Assembly: GCA_963758295.1 (NCBI GenBank)
Contig: CAVWUU010000001.1
Location: 352,001-416,000, forward strand
Direction of reading: 5' to 3'
Source of the DNA: Candidatus Eremiobacteria bacterium
GTDB taxonomy: Bacteria; Vulcanimicrobiota; Vulcanimicrobiia; Vulcanimicrobiales; Vulcanimicrobiaceae
DNA: 64,000 nucleotides
A model generated the notes under the pieces. That model was not told the DNA's origin. It ran no database searches and worked only from the letters and a program-made list of their open reading frames with translations. The first letter of the stretch is position 1; the number at the start of each line of letters is the position of its first letter. Of the stretch, positions 27,501-37,475 are shown one piece after another. The position numbers and the translations under genes are program-made.

Positions 27501-29011
27501 CCCGCTGCCGCGACCGGCGCGTCGATCGTTAGTAGAATCGTCTGCAATTCTCGAAACGTCGCTTCCACCGATCGTGCCACGTTTTGATGAAATTCGTCGG
27601 CCGCATCGACGATGAAAGGGCCGCCGTAAAGCTTTCGCGCCGAAGCAGCATACTCCAAAGCCGCTTCGAGCTGTCCGGATGCATACGATTCGCGCGCGCG
27701 CAAAACGTAATGCAGAAATTCGTCCAAATCGACTTGGAACGCAGCGGCACGAAGGACGACGCTGTTGTCTTCCGCCGTGAGATACGGCACGTCTTCGCCG
27801 GTCTTGAGCGAATGGCGAATAGCGGCCCGAACATTACTGAGTGCCGTGCGAAGATTTTGGTTTGCTTGTGCGGGATCGTGCGAGGGCCAAAACGCTCGCA
27901 TGAGCTCTTCTCGCGTAGCGCGATGACCGCTCTGTAACAACAAATACTTGAAGATCTGACCGTCGCGGCGGCGCATCCAGTCGATCGGCGTACCGCCGAT
28001 GGAAACGGAAAACGAGCCGAGCACCTTCGCTTCGATGACTTTTAGGCCGGATTCGGAAGCAGCCGGTGTACTACCATCAAAAAAGGCGCGTTCCGCGGCG
28101 CGCAAAATCCGCGGCGCGCCCGCACGGCAATACGCAAAAAGATCGCGCTCTTCAAGTTGGCGTAGGCGCTGCCAACTGACGTCGCTGCCGTTCAGTGCGC
28201 CCTCGAGAAGCTTTCGGTCTTCGGCAGTGGGTGTTGCTTCAACGATTGTTTGTCGCAATGCACCCGCGTAGTGGTCGAACCATTTGATCGCGCCGTGCTC
28301 GAGCGGCATGCGGTTGATGGAGGCGAAGCGAAGAATTGCCGAAGCAACGATTGGCCAGCCTTCGGCCGCGTGTTGAAGGGCCGCAATCGCAGCATCCGAC
28401 GGCTCGATCCCGAATGCGGTGGTCAACGCGCGGACTTCCTCTTCATCGAAGGCAAGATTGGCCATCCAGAGCGCCTCGATGATGCCTTCCATAATCCACC
28501 GGGGATCCCGAATGACGCTGCGATTTCTCGCCGTCATGACGAACGAAAGCTGCGGGGGCCCATCCGCCAGAAATTTATAGAGCGCGTCCATAGCGCATTC
28601 CGGCAGCAAGTGCGCGTCGTCGATGAAAATCGTCGTTTCGTCGATTCCGTCGAGCAACGAAATCAGTTCTTCAGCGCCGGTGAACGACGCGGGAACCTCA
28701 CAACGGCTTGCAATCTCTTCGAGCAGCTCGGATGAGGTTATCGCGGAACACCCGCGGATTATTCGTGCGGGATGAACCGCGAATTGCTGCAATAGCGTGC
28801 TCTTACCGAAGCCCGCCGGAGCGATAAGCATCCGAATTGGGGCGCCCTCGTGCCGGTCCAGCCACGTCAAAATACGCTCGCGTCTAATGAGCGTACAAGA
28901 CCTCCGGCTCGACCCACGGTTTGGCAGGCTGATAACTCCCCTACGTGCCGATTGGACGGCAGCTAGCTTCTGTGACTCTAGATATAACACAGGAGCGCTA
29001 GGGCCAAACAT
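27497..29011 (-). CDS. MalT-like NTPase fused to winged-helix/BTAD-type transcriptional regulator (start uncertain)
   Basis: APAGFGKS, IFIDDAH, LAFDEEE, AEGWP, then VLGSFSV, TREELMRAFWP, NLRTALSNVR, VDLDEF. Confidence 0.82.
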   Translation of the reverse strand: MFGPSAPVLYLESQKLAAVQSARRGVISLPNRGSSRRSCTLIRRERILTWLDRHEGAPIRMLIAPAGFGKSTLLQQFAVHPARIIRGCSAITSSELLEEIASRCEVPASFTGAEELISLLDGIDETTIFIDDAHLLPECAMDALYKFLADGPPQLSFVMTARNRSVIRDPRWIMEGIIEALWMANLAFDEEEVRALTTAFGIEPSDAAIAALQHAAEGWPIVASAILRFASINRMPLEHGAIKWFDHYAGALRQTIVEATPTAEDRKLLEGALNGSDVSWQRLRQLEERDLFAYCRAGAPRILRAAERAFFDGSTPAASESGLKVIEAKVLGSFSVSIGGTPIDWMRRRDGQIFKYLLLQSGHRATREELMRAFWPSHDPAQANQNLRTALSNVRAAIRHSLKTGEDVPYLTAEDNSVVLRAAAFQVDLDEFLHYVLRARESYASGQLEAALEYAASARKLYGGPFIVDAADEFHQNVARSVEATFRELQTILLTIDAPVAAAG

Positions 29012-29028
29012 CCCATTTTGTGGGGGTA

Positions 29029-30447
29029 TTAGAGAGAAGCTGCCGTGGTGTGAACGGGAACATGGGCCTTTTGGCTCATCACAGCGTACGTCACAGCCCA
29101 GGCGGCGATGACCGAAAGTGACAGCCATGCCGGTGTCTTGATGAGCCAAAGCGGCCACGCTGAGGCCGCGAAGTGCTGACCGATAAACAACGCCCAAGCA
29201 TGTTGTGTGGCATTTGTCGGAAGCGTCAGAACCGCCGGCGTGCCGAAGTGCAGTCCCGTTTTGATGATAAGGACCGCGCACATTGCAACGTACGAAACGC
29301 ACGCAGCCGTTCCCCATAATGCGCCCCGGACGTTACCATACGACGCGAAGAGTACGAGCAAAGCCGCGGAAGCTGCGGCCGGAAACAGTGAAGGCATTAC
29401 GAACAAAGGCAACACCGGCACCGTCAGAGCGAGCGCTGCAAAAGTTCCGGCGATTTTACCGTTCGGTCGCGAAGTCGCAATTGCTAGCGCGGCCGGCAGC
29501 GCGAGCAGCAAGTGATCGAGGTGCAGAAACGGCGATCCGAGCATCGCGAAGACCGGTGCACAAAGCATGGCGCGCTCCGGGCGACGCGATGCGAAAGGCG
29601 TCGTGCAAATCCAGCAGATCGCGCATAAGCACGCAAGGTACGTTGCACGCGAAATCGCAATCGCTTCATAACCGGATAAGCCCATAGAATAAAGAGCCCA
29701 CGCGATGCTGTATTGACCGACGTTCGGCAATTCCGCCGCAATGTGTTGCGGCAGAACCGACACGATATAGTCGATATTTGCGTTCATGCCGACTGCGGCA
29801 AGCGAAAGCGTCGCAAGGGCTAGGCACGTGACGGTTGCCGCAACGACGTGGCGGCGCAGAAACACGAACGTCAGAAACACCGCGACACCGGTCTGCGGCT
29901 CGACCATACTTAGTGCGAGGCCAAAACTAGCCATTACCGCGTTGTTGTTTTTAAGGCTGGACGCGGCGAGCGCTAACCCAAGTAAGGCGATAGGCGGCAA
30001 TTCGCCGACCGGAAGAATGACGTCCGCGAGAATCATTGCCAAACCTGCAACGATCGCATACGGCGGTGCAACGTTAAGCCGAACGAAGAAGACGAAAGCG
30101 AGAGCGACCGCGCCTATAAGCAGCAGCTCGTAGAGCGCTGCGGCAACGGGGAACGTAAGCAAGGCCAGCGGCGCAAAGGCGAGCGCGACGTAACCGGGCA
30201 CGGGGGCCGGCAAAATTTCCCCGCGCTTTGCCGTGTAGAACTGTGGGGGCACATTGGCAGCCGATTCACACGAAGCTATAGGGCCTGCGCCGTATGGGCT
30301 GGCACGGTGCAAAACGGCACTTCCGGCGCAGTAGAACGCACGAAAGTCGCCCATCGCGATACGGCGTTGCCCGACGGCATGCCCGCTTACGGCGAAAACG
30401 GCGAATACTACCAGGCAGGCTGCAACAAGAGCCAGGCGTTGCCTCAT
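29029..30447 (-). CDS. GT87/DUF2029-like polytopic membrane glycosyltransferase
   Basis: GDFRAFYCAG...SPY motif after the first TM; about 11-12 TM segments. Confidence 0.7.
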   Translation of the reverse strand: MRQRLALVAACLVVFAVFAVSGHAVGQRRIAMGDFRAFYCAGSAVLHRASPYGAGPIASCESAANVPPQFYTAKRGEILPAPVPGYVALAFAPLALLTFPVAAALYELLLIGAVALAFVFFVRLNVAPPYAIVAGLAMILADVILPVGELPPIALLGLALAASSLKNNNAVMASFGLALSMVEPQTGVAVFLTFVFLRRHVVAATVTCLALATLSLAAVGMNANIDYIVSVLPQHIAAELPNVGQYSIAWALYSMGLSGYEAIAISRATYLACLCAICWICTTPFASRRPERAMLCAPVFAMLGSPFLHLDHLLLALPAALAIATSRPNGKIAGTFAALALTVPVLPLFVMPSLFPAAASAALLVLFASYGNVRGALWGTAACVSYVAMCAVLIIKTGLHFGTPAVLTLPTNATQHAWALFIGQHFAASAWPLWLIKTPAWLSLSVIAAWAVTYAVMSQKAHVPVHTTAASL

Positions 30448-30527
30448 GTTTCCGTTATCGGCTCGACAGCCCCGAATCGCCCGTATAAACTAAGGGCAGG
30501 TAACAACCTCGACTTTGGAGGCTGCTA

Positions 30528-30800
30528 ATGGACCACGATACTCCGAACGCCCTTGCCGGTTTGATGGCCGGCGGTTTTGTGATGACGATCCTGCTTGTGA
30601 CGCTGGCCTTTTCGGTGTTCTTTGTTTGGCTCTTTTGGCGCGTTTTCACCAAAGCGGGCTACAACGGCGCACTTGGGCTGCTTTGCTTGGTTCCGTCGAT
30701 CGGCGTTTTCGTGTGCATGCTGATTTTGGCATTCGGAACGTGGCCGATCGAAGAACGGCGCGGGGTCGTGGGGCCGGTGATTACGCCGGCCGTTCAGTAA
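30528..30800 (+). CDS. Small membrane protein (2-3 TM)
   Basis: GGAGG SD; WRVFTKAGY...LVP...LAFGTWP pattern. Confidence 0.8.
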   Translation: MDHDTPNALAGLMAGGFVMTILLVTLAFSVFFVWLFWRVFTKAGYNGALGLLCLVPSIGVFVCMLILAFGTWPIEERRGVVGPVITPAVQ

Positions 30801-32223
30801 TCTCGGCGATCCAGCGCTCCACGTCGCTGCTCTTCGAAGGCAGAATCGCCGAGAGATTCTCACGGCCGCGCGCGGTAACGAGAATGTCGTCTTCGATGCG
30901 CACGCCGATGCCGCGGAAGCGGTCGGGCACCGTGGCATCATCGGGCTGGAAGTAAAGTCCGGGTTCGACGGTGAGCACCATGCCTTCGCGCAGCGCTCCG
31001 TACCGGTAATGCTCGGCGCGAGCTTGGGCGCAGTCGTGAACGTCTAGCCCGAGCATGTGGCTGACGTTGTGCAGCGTGTAGCGGCGATAGAACTGATTCT
31101 CGGGATCGAGTGCTTCGTCGAGCGACCCGCTCAGAATGCCGAGGTCGCGAAGTCCTTCGGCAAGCACGCGCATTGCGCGTCGATTCGGTTCAAGGAAGTC
31201 ATTGCCCGGTGTAACTGCGTCGATCCCGGCACGTTGCGCTTCCCAAACGATGTCGTAAACCGCGCGCTGCTCGGCGGTATACTTGCCGGAGATCGGCAAC
31301 GTGCGCGTGATATCCGCAGTGTAGAGCGAGTCGCACTCGACCCCGGCATCGAGCAAAAGCATGCCGTTGCGCTGAACCTTGCCGTCATTGCGCGTCCAGT
31401 GCAGCGTGCACGCATGATGGCCCGACGCCGCAATCGTTAAATAGCCCACGTCGTTTGCTTCGATGCGGGCGCGGCGCCAGAACGCTGCTTCCACTTCACG
31501 CTCGCTCGCGAGGTTCGGGAAAAGACGAATGACGTCTTCGAATCCGCGCTTCGTTATTTCGCAGGCTTTGCGCAGTTCGGCGATTTCGTACTCGTCTTTG
31601 ACCAGACGCATCTCGGAAAGATGCGTGGCAAATTCCAAATCGTCTTGACGCCGGTCGAAGTGACCGTCGATCGAGTCGTTGTGCCCGCGCACGACACGTA
31701 GCGGATATCGGCGATTCCGAAGATCCGAAAGATACGCCGGCATGTCTTGCAGCGGCAGCGCGCGATCGACCCCGTAGTACGTTTGGCTTTCGTCGACTCC
31801 GCGGTGCCGTCCAACCCACAGCTCGCCGTGGACGCGGTCGGTGAAGAACTCCGCCTTTCCCCGATTGTGGTCGGGAACGAAGAGCACCGTCCGGTGCGAT
31901 GCTCCGTCGGGCTCCATGACGAGCAGTCCACCGGGTTCGCCGTCGCCCATAAGATAAACGAAATCGCTTGACGGACGAAACCGGAAGTTCGTGTCGTTGG
32001 CGCGTACGCGCTCGTGGCCCGCCGGAATCACCAGATACTCGCCGGGAAAAGATCGCGAAAGTTCATCGCGTCGCGATCGCAGCCGTGCCAATTGCGGATG
32101 CGGCCCGGCGCCGCTCGGAACGTCGATCCAACCACCCGACATGAAGTCGACGAGGTTTTTCGGCGTATCGCTGTCGTGCGAAGCCCGGGTTTGTTCTGCG
32201 GGCGGGTTTTGCGTTTCGGACAT
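30781..32223 (-). CDS. pepP: Xaa-Pro aminopeptidase (M24B)
   Basis: FRPSSDFVYL, LLDAG, YTADITRT, HMLGLDVHD, TVEPGLY, GVRIEDD. Confidence 0.95.
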   Translation of the reverse strand: MSETQNPPAEQTRASHDSDTPKNLVDFMSGGWIDVPSGAGPHPQLARLRSRRDELSRSFPGEYLVIPAGHERVRANDTNFRFRPSSDFVYLMGDGEPGGLLVMEPDGASHRTVLFVPDHNRGKAEFFTDRVHGELWVGRHRGVDESQTYYGVDRALPLQDMPAYLSDLRNRRYPLRVVRGHNDSIDGHFDRRQDDLEFATHLSEMRLVKDEYEIAELRKACEITKRGFEDVIRLFPNLASEREVEAAFWRRARIEANDVGYLTIAASGHHACTLHWTRNDGKVQRNGMLLLDAGVECDSLYTADITRTLPISGKYTAEQRAVYDIVWEAQRAGIDAVTPGNDFLEPNRRAMRVLAEGLRDLGILSGSLDEALDPENQFYRRYTLHNVSHMLGLDVHDCAQARAEHYRYGALREGMVLTVEPGLYFQPDDATVPDRFRGIGVRIEDDILVTARGRENLSAILPSKSSDVERWIAEITERPA

Positions 32224-32226
32224 GAT

Positions 32227-32248
32227 AAAGGCGGCTTTCGCCGCCTTT
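32227..32248 (-). terminator. GNRA-capped hairpin between nadC and pepP
   Basis: Minus strand AAAGGCGGC-GAAA-GCCGCCTTT, ending 3 nt before the pepP ATG. Confidence 0.55.
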
Positions 32249-32271
32249 CTGCTTCGCGCATCCCGAGAACG

Positions 32272-33159
32272 TTAAAGCGCGATGTCCAAGCCTAAATCCA
32301 GGGCGGGCGCGCCATGCGTAAGCCATCCGACGGAGATCAGATCGACGCCGGCTTCCGCGACGGCGCGAATGGTCTCAGTACGGATGCCGCCGCTCGCCTC
32401 GGTAAGGATGCGACCGTCAACGATCCTCACCGCTTCGGCGAGCGTTGCAAGCGGCATGTTGTCCAGCAGCACCGCATCGATGTTTTGCCGGAGGGCTTCC
32501 TGTAATTGCTCGAGCGTGTCGACTTCGACTTCGATCTTGACCATGTGCCCTGCGTGCTCGCGCGCACGCGCAACGGCGTTCGCGATGGAGCCCGCCAATG
32601 CCAGATGGTTATCTTTGATGAGCATTGCGTCGTCTAAGCCGAAGCGATGGTTGCTGCCGCCGCCGCAACGCACCGCGTACTTTTCAAGAGCTCGCAGCCC
32701 CGGCGTCGTTTTGCGGGTGTCGGCGACATGGGCGCGCGTGCCGGTGACCGCGTCCACCAGCGAACGCGTTGCGGTTGCAGTCCCGCACAGCCGCGAAAGA
32801 AGATTCAACATCGTACGTTCGCCGGTCAACAACGTCCGCGCCCGGCCCGCTATCGTGATGACGGCGTCGCCCGCTTGCACCCGTTCGCCGTCATCGACGT
32901 GTACTTGCAACGATACTGCACCGGGATCGAGCAGCTCGAACGTAAGCATTGCCGCGTCTATTCCCGCGATCACGCCGTTCTCGCGAGCCATGACGCGTGC
33001 GGTCGTGCGAAGGCCTTCGGGCACGATCGAATCGGTAGTCAGATCCGCGCCGTGCGCGAGATCTTCAAGGAGCGCCGTACGGATCAGCGGCTCGATGACG
33101 AGCCGCGCCGGTTTAAGCGGGGCTGAGGTGCGTGAACGAACGTTTTGCAAGAGCTTCAT
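32272..33159 (-). CDS. nadC: Nicotinate-nucleotide pyrophosphorylase (QPRTase)
   Basis: ALLED, DTRKTTPG, HRFGL, IKDNH, EVEV, LLDNM, EASGGI. Confidence 0.96.
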   Translation of the reverse strand: MKLLQNVRSRTSAPLKPARLVIEPLIRTALLEDLAHGADLTTDSIVPEGLRTTARVMARENGVIAGIDAAMLTFELLDPGAVSLQVHVDDGERVQAGDAVITIAGRARTLLTGERTMLNLLSRLCGTATATRSLVDAVTGTRAHVADTRKTTPGLRALEKYAVRCGGGSNHRFGLDDAMLIKDNHLALAGSIANAVARAREHAGHMVKIEVEVDTLEQLQEALRQNIDAVLLDNMPLATLAEAVRIVDGRILTEASGGIRTETIRAVAEAGVDLISVGWLTHGAPALDLGLDIAL

Positions 33160-34642
33160 CCGTCTGCGGATAGTCGGTGCGATAGTGGCTTCCGCGGCTT
33201 TCGTGCCGGGCAAATGCTGCTTCGACGATGAGACGCGCAACCACGAGCAGGTTGCGTAATTCGTTTCCGGCGCGCGGAAAAGCAAACGCAAGGTCCGTGA
33301 CGCGTGCATGCGCTTCTCGCAAACCCGCGCCGGTGCGAAGCAGGCCGACGTTAGCGTACATTACGTTGCGCAAATCGCTCGTAGCCTGCGTTTCGCCGCG
33401 CGCCTTTCCCGTGACGGCGGCCGGATTGGTTAATCGCGGCGCTAATTCCAAACTCGGATGTGTCTGCTGAATGCTGGTCGCGACGCGCGCGCCGTACACT
33501 AAGGCTTCGAGCAACGAATTGCTTGCGAGACGATTTGCCCCGTGAACGCCGGTGGCGCTCGCTTCGCCGCAGGCCCACAGTCCTGGAATCGAAGCGCGGC
33601 CCCATTCGTCGACGGCGATCCCGCCCATATGATAATGCGCGGCCGGCGCAACGGGAATACGCTCGACGCGCGGATCGATTCCGGCCGAACGGCAGAAGCC
33701 GAAGACCGTGGGAAACTCCGTGGGGAAGGCATCGCCGATCGTTTCGCGGGCATCGAGTCCGACGGTGCGCCCGCGTTGCAGCTGCTCGAAGATCGCACGC
33801 GCAACGACGTCGCGCGGCGCAAGCTCGGCCTCCGAATGAACGTCCAGCATGAAGCGTTCGCCGAGATCGTTTATCAGCGACGCGCCTTCACCGCGAACGG
33901 CTTCGGTGACGAGCGGCATGGGATCGCGCCCGATTGCGAGTGCCGTCGGGTGAAATTGGACGAATTCCATGTCGGCGAGCGTTGCGCCGGCACGCGCAGC
34001 GATGGCAATGCCGTCGCCGGTCGCTTCGATGGGATTGGTCGTGTAACGGTAGATCCTCCCGATACCGCCCGTTGCAAGAATGACGGCAGGCGCAACGTAC
34101 GCCGTCATTTTCCCGCTCGCGTTATCGCGCGCATAGACGCCCTGCACGCGGTCGTCCTCGCGGATCAAATCGAACGCCGTCGTATCTTCCACTACTTCGA
34201 TCGATGGTATTGCGCCGATTGCAAGAATGAGCGTCTTTAAGATTTCGTGTCCGGTTGCATCGCCGCCCGCTTTCACGATGCGCCGGCGTTGATGAGCGGC
34301 TTCTCTGCCAAGGGCGAGTTCGCCCGAATCGGTGCGGTCGAAGGCCGCACCGAGTGCAAGCAGTTCTTCAATGCGCGCGGGCGCGTCATACGTCAAAATC
34401 TCGACGATCTTCTCGTCGTTGATGCCGGCACCGGCGAGATGCGTATCTAGCGCATGCAGTGAAGGCGAATCGTCTTTCCCGATGGCGGCCGCGATGCCGC
34501 CCTGCGCCCAATCCGTCGCAGCGCCGAAGCCGAGGCGCGTTTTACAAATCACGGTCACGCGCATCGGCGCTAACTTGATCGCCGCCATCAATCCCGCGAT
34601 TCCGGCGCCGACGACGACGGCGTCGCTTTTACGAGCGTCCAT
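33113..34642 (-). CDS. nadB: L-aspartate oxidase
   Basis: GAGIAGL, WAQGGI, QFHPT, TEAVRGEG, AHYHMGG, HGANRLASNSL, ESRGSH. Confidence 0.96.
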   Translation of the reverse strand: MDARKSDAVVVGAGIAGLMAAIKLAPMRVTVICKTRLGFGAATDWAQGGIAAAIGKDDSPSLHALDTHLAGAGINDEKIVEILTYDAPARIEELLALGAAFDRTDSGELALGREAAHQRRRIVKAGGDATGHEILKTLILAIGAIPSIEVVEDTTAFDLIREDDRVQGVYARDNASGKMTAYVAPAVILATGGIGRIYRYTTNPIEATGDGIAIAARAGATLADMEFVQFHPTALAIGRDPMPLVTEAVRGEGASLINDLGERFMLDVHSEAELAPRDVVARAIFEQLQRGRTVGLDARETIGDAFPTEFPTVFGFCRSAGIDPRVERIPVAPAAHYHMGGIAVDEWGRASIPGLWACGEASATGVHGANRLASNSLLEALVYGARVATSIQQTHPSLELAPRLTNPAAVTGKARGETQATSDLRNVMYANVGLLRTGAGLREAHARVTDLAFAFPRAGNELRNLLVVARLIVEAAFARHESRGSHYRTDYPQTDEALAKRSFTHLSPA

Positions 34643-34644
34643 GC

Positions 34645-35667
34645 CTACGCCTTGACGGCGCGACTGAACTCCAACATCCGCTCTACGGCAGCGCGGGCGC
34701 GTCCGGCAACGCCTGGATCGACGGTCACTTCGTACTGCATCGTCTCGAGGCTGTGCAGAATCTTCGGAAGGTTGTTGCGTTTCATATGCGGACAGAGGTT
34801 GCACGGGCGGACGAACTCGACGTCCGGATACGAACCTGCAACATTGTCGGCCATGGAACATTCGGTAATGAGCAGCACTCGCGGATGGTTCGGCGCGTTC
34901 TCCGCGACGAAGTCGGACATGCCTTGCGTCGAACCAACGTAATCCGCTTCGGCCAGCACGTCGGGCGGACACTCGGGGTGCGCGATGACAACGAGCTTCT
35001 CATCGCCTTCGCGGTAGCGTCGGATATCTGCACCGGTGAAGCGCTCGTGAACTTCGCAGTGACCCTTCCACGCGATGATTTCGGTCTTTGTCTTCGAGGC
35101 CACGTACTTCGCGAGATACTCGTCGGGCAAGAAGATGACCCGCGGGACGTTCAAGGCCTCGACGATCTGCACGGCGTTGCCGCTCGTTACGCAGATATCC
35201 GATTCGGCTTTGACGTCGGCCGACGTATTGACGTAGGTGACGACCGGAACGCCGGGATACCGTTCGCGCAGCAGACGGACGTCGGCGGCGGTAATCGAGT
35301 CGGCCAACGAGCAGCCGGCCTTCAGATCGGGTACGAGCACGGTCTTTTCCGGATTGACGAGCTTCGCGGTTTCGGCCATGAAATGAACGCCGCACAGGAC
35401 AATCGTGTCCGCCGTGGTCTCGGCGGCCCTCATGGCAAGCGCGAGCGAATCACCAACGATGTCCGCCACCGTATGATAGATCTCGGGCACTTGATAGTTG
35501 TGCGCGAGAATCACCGCGTTTCGTTCGCGTTTCAAACGATTGATCGCGGCGACGTACGGCGCGTGCAGCGGCCACTCCACACGCGGAATGACGTGTTCGA
35601 CGCGCTCGAAGAGCTGGGACGTCTCGCGTTCGACGTCTCGGGTATACGGCAATTCGATGAGGTTCAT
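34645..35667 (-). CDS. nadA: Quinolinate synthase
   Basis: [38 protein letters not shown]. Confidence 0.97.
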   Translation of the reverse strand: MNLIELPYTRDVERETSQLFERVEHVIPRVEWPLHAPYVAAINRLKRERNAVILAHNYQVPEIYHTVADIVGDSLALAMRAAETTADTIVLCGVHFMAETAKLVNPEKTVLVPDLKAGCSLADSITAADVRLLRERYPGVPVVTYVNTSADVKAESDICVTSGNAVQIVEALNVPRVIFLPDEYLAKYVASKTKTEIIAWKGHCEVHERFTGADIRRYREGDEKLVVIAHPECPPDVLAEADYVGSTQGMSDFVAENAPNHPRVLLITECSMADNVAGSYPDVEFVRPCNLCPHMKRNNLPKILHSLETMQYEVTVDPGVAGRARAAVERMLEFSRAVKA

Positions 35668-35728
35668 TGGGTTGCTGTCGAGGTTGCGGTTGGAGGGCCG
35701 GGGACCCTGCCTGTTGCACTTCCGGCGG

Positions 35729-37456
35729 ATGCGGATGCTCCGCTACCTTCTAGTACACGTGCTTTGCGCAATAGTTTGCGCTTTTGCCCCGCTGCCGGCG
35801 GCGGCGCAACTTCTGCCCAGCCTTCCGAAAGCGTCGCCGGTCCCTCCCGTTCCCGGCATCAGGCAGGAGGGGCTTTTTCTTACCGGACCGGTGACTGTAG
35901 ACGGGACCCCGGTCTTTCGCATCGCCTCTCCGGTGGCGCCGGCCGGCGGCGAACTGCCGATCAACGTGCGTTTGCTCTACGTGCAAAACGCCATTTCGCA
36001 ACTTTTGGCCGTAACGGATGGCGGCACGGTCTTCGATCCGGACAGCTTCAAGGTGCTGGTCGATCGCGTCGGCCAGCAAGAGACGCTTGTTGCGACAGAC
36101 GGCAAACATAACGGTGAAGCGGGCGAAGTGCCGATCCTTACCGTGACGTCGGCCGACACTCAGTATGCGAACGTCCCGGCCTCGATCTTGGCGGAGCAGT
36201 GGCGCAATCAGCTCCAAAGCGCGCTTAAAGCGGCGCTCAACAAACGGCAGCCGCAAGAGATTCGCCACAATTTAACTGCGCTATTGCGCACGGTCGTCGC
36301 TTTGCTTGTCCTTACGGTGTTGGGCTTTGCCGCGTTGGCGTTGCTGCGCCGTCGTGAAGCGGTGCTGAAACAGCGCGTGGCCGAGCGCCACCGGAAGATC
36401 GGGCAAGCTCAGGCCGACGCGTCGAGCGAGGGCCCTACGAATGATCGTCATCGGCGAAGGTTTTTAGCATTGGCGATGCGTGCGGCAGGGCCGGAACAGC
36501 GGCTACAACGCGTGCATGCTTATTCCGGGTTCATCTTAGCGGTGCTCGTTCTGTTGTGGCTCGGAACGGTAACGTGGGCGCTGTTGCTTTTCCCGCAGAC
36601 GACACCGTACGGTGAACTCGTAAAGCGAAGTGCCCTGAACGTGCTCTTCATCTGGATCGCTGCCGTTTTACTCACGAAGATCGGCGATCTAATCATCGTA
36701 CCGTTCTCGGAAGCTTACGCGAGGCGCGGGACAAACACCGAAGACCGAGCCCGCCATCTTGTCCGTGCACCGACGATATCGCGTTCGCTCATCGGCTTCA
36801 AAAGCTTCATCATCGCCTTCGTCGCTGCGCTGGCGACGCTCTCCGCGCTAAATATCCCGGTTGCGTCGGTCGTTACAATCGGCGGTGTGGCGGCGCTCGC
36901 CATCGGCTTCGCAGCGCAGAGTTTGGTACGCGATTTTCTGAACGGAATGCTCGTGATCTTCGAGGACCAGTACGTCGTCGGCGACTATATCATGGTCGGT
37001 GACTACAACGGCATCGTCGAGAACTTGAGCTTGCGGGTCGTTCAGATCCGGGATGTCCGCGGCCACCTCATCACGATTCCGCACAGTGCCGTGACGCAAG
37101 TTGTCAACGCTTCGCGGAACTGGTCGCGAATCGACTTCCGCATTCCGGTCGATCCGGCGGCCGACGTAAAAAAAGCTTACGAAACCCTGCGTGAAACGAT
37201 CGAAACCGTCGCCCTGGAACCGGAATGGCGCGATGCTTTCTTGAAGCCGATCGAATGGATGGGCATGGAAAATCCGTCGAAGAACGGTCTCGTGCTGCGC
37301 GTTTCGGTGCGTACGGCGCCGCTTCGGCAATTCGAATTGAATCGCGTGTTGAACGAACGAGTATGCGGTGCATTTCACGAGGCAGGTATCCCGCTCGGAA
37401 CCGATCCGCTCGCAATTCCCGCACCGCCCGTTCAGGGCAGTCCAAGTCCGCTCTAG
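35729..37456 (+). CDS. Small-conductance mechanosensitive channel (MscS family) with a large N-terminal periplasmic domain
   Basis: [37 protein letters not shown]; signal-like N-terminus. Confidence 0.9.
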   Translation: MRMLRYLLVHVLCAIVCAFAPLPAAAQLLPSLPKASPVPPVPGIRQEGLFLTGPVTVDGTPVFRIASPVAPAGGELPINVRLLYVQNAISQLLAVTDGGTVFDPDSFKVLVDRVGQQETLVATDGKHNGEAGEVPILTVTSADTQYANVPASILAEQWRNQLQSALKAALNKRQPQEIRHNLTALLRTVVALLVLTVLGFAALALLRRREAVLKQRVAERHRKIGQAQADASSEGPTNDRHRRRFLALAMRAAGPEQRLQRVHAYSGFILAVLVLLWLGTVTWALLLFPQTTPYGELVKRSALNVLFIWIAAVLLTKIGDLIIVPFSEAYARRGTNTEDRARHLVRAPTISRSLIGFKSFIIAFVAALATLSALNIPVASVVTIGGVAALAIGFAAQSLVRDFLNGMLVIFEDQYVVGDYIMVGDYNGIVENLSLRVVQIRDVRGHLITIPHSAVTQVVNASRNWSRIDFRIPVDPAADVKKAYETLRETIETVALEPEWRDAFLKPIEWMGMENPSKNGLVLRVSVRTAPLRQFELNRVLNERVCGAFHEAGIPLGTDPLAIPAPPVQGSPSPL

Positions 37457-37475
37457 CGGCAGGCGGGTAGACGGC

